From positions 12,760 to 76,759 of the forward strand of contig CAKSDC010000006.1 in assembly GCA_934444765.1 (NCBI GenBank): a stretch of DNA of 64,000 nt. Direction: 5' to 3'. The translations under genes and the position numbers were made by a program. The notes beneath the pieces are model-generated. The model had not been told where the DNA came from and searched no databases. It worked only from the letters and a program-made list of their open reading frames with translations. Within the stretch, counting starts at the first letter, position 1. Every line of letters begins with the position of its first letter. Origin of the DNA: an uncultured Oscillospiraceae bacterium (lineage in GTDB: Bacteria > Bacillota > Clostridia > Oscillospirales > Ruminococcaceae). Positions 61,445-64,000 of this stretch are shown one piece after another.

Positions 61445-61853
61445 TGTTCTGTAATATTTAAGAACGATACTATTCAAAAACTAAGCCGATTTTAAAGATA
61501 TTTTTGTGCAATGTAACATAATAGGTATTATATTTCATTTGCTATTATCCTAATATTTCCAGAAAAGTTAAAAATAATTTACTATTAGTTAAGATACGGT
61601 ATCATAATAGTTACAAATAAGTTACAAAAAGCGACCTATATCTACTAAGAATGTAACTTTTACTTTAACGTTTTCACCATACTATCACAATACCAATACT
61701 AAGTTAGATATTATCACTAAAAAATATACTAATATAATAATATTATAGGAAATTGTGACATATTGCCCGAATTACCATTAAGCATAGATATTTAACTATT
61801 ACTACCATATCTATGATTAAAATAAATATTATTAAAAAAATTCTTAAAAACCC

Positions 61854-61882
61854 TTGATTTTTTCTATCATCTATGATATAAT
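61854..61882 (+). promoter_or_regulatory. sigma-A promoter of rpmB (extended -10)
   Basis: TTGATT (61854-61859), 17 nt, TGATATAAT (-10 at 61877-61882). Confidence 0.6.
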
Positions 61883-61947
61883 AATCGTTGTTGACGTTCT
61901 ATATATTCGTATAGAAGCATAAACGCATTTAAGGAAAGATTTACAAC

Positions 61948-62007
61948 ATCGTAACACCTCCTAAACGGTGTACGATTTTTAAAAAAGCATCATTTTAAGG
62001 AGGTGTT
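61948..62007 (+). promoter_or_regulatory. rpmB 5' leader: hairpin + U-run, with an anti-SD that can alternatively pair with the SD
   Basis: Hairpin 61948-61958/61967-61976 (10 bp, one bulge) followed by TTTT. AACACCTCCT (61953-61962) is perfectly complementary to the SD region AGGAGGTGTT (61998-62007). Confidence 0.5.
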
Positions 62008-62012
62008 TTCTC

Positions 62013-62201
62013 ATGGCAAAGTGCGAAGTTTGTGGTAAGGGCGTTACTTTTGGTATTAATGTATCTCACTCTCATAAGCGTACTAATAGAACTTGGAAGC
62101 CAAACATTAAGCGTGTAAAGGCTGTAGTTAAGGGTACTCCATGTCATATGTATGTTTGTTCCAGATGTTTAAGGTCTGGTAAGGTTCAAAGAACCGTTTA
62201 A
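62013..62201 (+). CDS. rpmB: 50S ribosomal protein L28
   Basis: [10 protein letters not shown]...SHSHKRT.R.W.PN; 62 aa. Confidence 0.95.
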   Translation: MAKCEVCGKGVTFGINVSHSHKRTNRTWKPNIKRVKAVVKGTPCHMYVCSRCLRSGKVQRTV

Positions 62202-62238
62202 TACTAACTAAGTATCAATAATTATTTTAAATACGTGG

Positions 62239-62271
62239 CGTATAGACTTTTTCTATACGTCATAATTTTTT
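62239..62271 (+). terminator. intrinsic terminator after rpmB
   Basis: CGTATAGA/TCTATACG hairpin followed by a T-run (62265-62271). Confidence 0.65.
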
Positions 62272-62284
62272 CGCATAAAATACC

Positions 62285-62313
62285 TTGATATTTTCTTGAA
62301 ATTAGTATATAAT
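62285..62313 (+). promoter_or_regulatory. sigma-A promoter of the HD-domain gene
   Basis: TTGATA, 17 nt, TATAAT. Confidence 0.5.
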
Positions 62314-62353
62314 AAGTTTTAGTAAGATATCCCCCACTATTAACTAAATATTT

Positions 62354-62917
62354 TTGAAAGCTGTTGATAATATTATGATTAAATACATCTCTTTAGAGGA
62401 CGTAGACACAAACAGTGAATACTACTACTATGTACAAGACTTAATTAACGAAGAACCAGTGGTTCAAATGAAGCAGTATCTACAACATGGTACTACCACT
62501 ACTTTTGAACACTGCTTAAACGTATCATATTACAACTACTTAATATGCAAAAAGTTCGGACTGGATGCAAGAGCTGGTGCAAGAGCTGGACTACTACACG
62601 ACCTATTTCTTTACGACTGGCACTACTACCCCATTAAGAAGTTTGATAGGTTAAGACACGGAGCTACTCACCCGAGGTTAGCGTGTGCTAACGCCTGCAA
62701 GTACTTCGTACTATCAGACCGTGAGCAAGACATTATTAAAAAACATATGTTCCCTATGACCATTACACCTCCTAAGTACAAAGAAACTATGGTGATAATA
62801 TTAGTAGATAAGTACTGCGGATTAGTAGAAACTCTTGGTTCACGTATAATGGCTATTAAGAATGTGTTGTACAACAAAAAACACAAAAAGACTACTTATG
62901 ACATAGTACAAAAGTAG
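62354..62917 (+). CDS. HD-domain phosphohydrolase
   Basis: HCLNVSY, GLLHDLFLYDW, HG..HP. The start is ambiguous (TTG 62354 or ATG 62375). Confidence 0.75.
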   Translation: MKAVDNIMIKYISLEDVDTNSEYYYYVQDLINEEPVVQMKQYLQHGTTTTFEHCLNVSYYNYLICKKFGLDARAGARAGLLHDLFLYDWHYYPIKKFDRLRHGATHPRLACANACKYFVLSDREQDIIKKHMFPMTITPPKYKETMVIILVDKYCGLVETLGSRIMAIKNVLYNKKHKKTTYDIVQK

Positions 62918-62951
62918 TAGTTAATACAATATTTAAAAATTCTACCTTACG

Positions 62952-63884
62952 CTATAAGGTAGAATTTTTTTTAAACAACTTTTCTATTACTCTATCCAGT
63001 TCATCTAAAAATATAGCGTCGTTAGTAGTAAAGTTATAGTTCTGTGGGTGTATTAGTACATCTTTGTTACTATTAAGGGTATCGGAACACTTTAGCTGAA
63101 CCAAACCATAGCGTTTAAGCAACTGTTCAGGCAGTGGCGAAACCCACATATAGGTATTTTCTACCGAAGTTAAAATATCAAACTGACTGCCACGTTCACA
63201 GATGTATATCTTATTACCCTGATTTTCACGGTGATATAGGTAGCTATCCGAAAGGTATGGTACCGAATTATCGCCATGTACTATTTCGGTATATATCGAA
63301 AGGTCGTCTAAAGATACGGTATCCATTTTAGCTAATGGGTGACTCTTATACACTAACACCATGTACTTAAAAGAACATAACTCTCTATACTTAATCTTTT
63401 TTTCTTTCAGTAAAGACATAAAGTATTCTTCATATAGTTCATCGTAACGAATAATACCAAGACTATATTCACACTCTATAATTTGATTAATAGCGTCCAT
63501 AGAGTTAGTCTCTTTTAGATGTATATCCAACTTTTTGTTACTATCCAATCTATTTAAAAATTGAGTAAACACATGGGTAATATAAGACGCTCTTGGAATA
63601 CATATATTAAACGATACCATTTCTACACTGGTAGTCTTATATAGTCTTTCCATCTTATCCACCTGTACAAGAATAGATTTAGCATACTCTAAAAACTCCG
63701 CACCCTTAACGGTAGGCACTACACCACGAGCCGAACGTTTAAATATTACTATACCCATTTCGGTTTCTATCTCTTTAATTGCTTTACTTAGATTGGGTTG
63801 TCCCATAAATAGAGCCGAAGCGGCTTTAGTAATAGAACCAGTCTTTTCTACTTCCACTAAGTATTTAAGATGTTGTAAATTCAA
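62952..63884 (-). CDS. LysR-family transcriptional regulator
   Basis: N-terminal HTH (MNLQHLKYLVEVEKTGSITKAASALFMGQPNLSKAIKEIE) plus a substrate-binding domain. Confidence 0.9.
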   Translation of the reverse strand: MNLQHLKYLVEVEKTGSITKAASALFMGQPNLSKAIKEIETEMGIVIFKRSARGVVPTVKGAEFLEYAKSILVQVDKMERLYKTTSVEMVSFNICIPRASYITHVFTQFLNRLDSNKKLDIHLKETNSMDAINQIIECEYSLGIIRYDELYEEYFMSLLKEKKIKYRELCSFKYMVLVYKSHPLAKMDTVSLDDLSIYTEIVHGDNSVPYLSDSYLYHRENQGNKIYICERGSQFDILTSVENTYMWVSPLPEQLLKRYGLVQLKCSDTLNSNKDVLIHPQNYNFTTNDAIFLDELDRVIEKLFKKNSTL

Positions 63885-63940
63885 AAAAATGCACCCCTGT
63901 ACTATATGATGATTAAAATAATGGTATATATTAACAATAT

Positions 63941-63969
63941 GCGTAGCCCTATTAGATAAGGCTACGCAA
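63941..63969. terminator. hairpin, probable terminator of a gene outside the window
   Basis: GCGTAGCC/GGCTACGC 8-bp stem. The strand cannot be assigned because both flanks are A/T-rich. Confidence 0.3.
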
Positions 63970-64000
63970 ATATTAAACAGTATTAAATATTAAAACTAAG

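Noticed and set aside
1-64000. Genome-wide TGA reassignment (genetic code 4 or 25), suggested by the in-frame TGA in tnpB and the scarcity of TGA stops
   Set aside because: All long housekeeping ORFs (ileS, mutS, mutL, parC, parE, GH2 and others) are uninterrupted under the standard code and use TGG for Trp. miaA and parE end sensibly at TGA. TGA is rare but still behaves as a stop in host genes.

Overview
By eye this is a low-GC (roughly 35-40%) chromosomal segment of a spore-forming, Clostridia-type Firmicute. About 60 genes are packed tightly, and nearly all are housekeeping. They include pheS (partial), a preQ1-riboswitch-led queuosine-precursor operon (queD-queE / folE-queC-queF), metA, and a biotin carboxyltransferase trio. 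Further along are rluB, dacB, ytfI/ytfJ, scpAB, a split transketolase, and rluD-lspA-ileS. The division cluster is divIVA-ylmH-sepF-yggS, followed by hfq-miaA-mutL-mutS-ylbF-miaB. The remainder comprises a Fur-family regulator, ilvD, glk, tyrS, parE/parC, prmA, rpmB and a LysR regulator. Two T-box leaders (pheS, tyrS), one preQ1-I riboswitch candidate and several consensus sigma-A promoters and intrinsic terminators are readable.

I do not see a multi-gene novel system: no defence island, CRISPR array, toxin-antitoxin pair or biosynthetic cluster.

The observations worth a second look are these:
1. A solo TnpB (IS605-family OrfB) element sits inside the queuosine operon. It is intact except for one in-frame TGA at a Trp that I recall as conserved in TnpB proteins.
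2. Stop-codon use is strongly skewed: TAA 31, TAG 26, TGA 2. Codon usage is CTA/ATA-rich.
3. GATC was absent from every stretch I scanned by eye.
4. A compositionally foreign small membrane-protein gene is wedged between parE and parC, with a start/stop overlap.
5. Several cis-elements stand out: a 22-bp palindrome over the -10 of a lipoprotein/Fur unit, an anti-SD/decoy leader ahead of rpmB, and an SD-sequestering hairpin ahead of dacB.

A dockerin-bearing C39-like peptidase hints at a cellulosome- or amylosome-type lineage. All protein calls come from motif recognition in the supplied translations, not from database searches.
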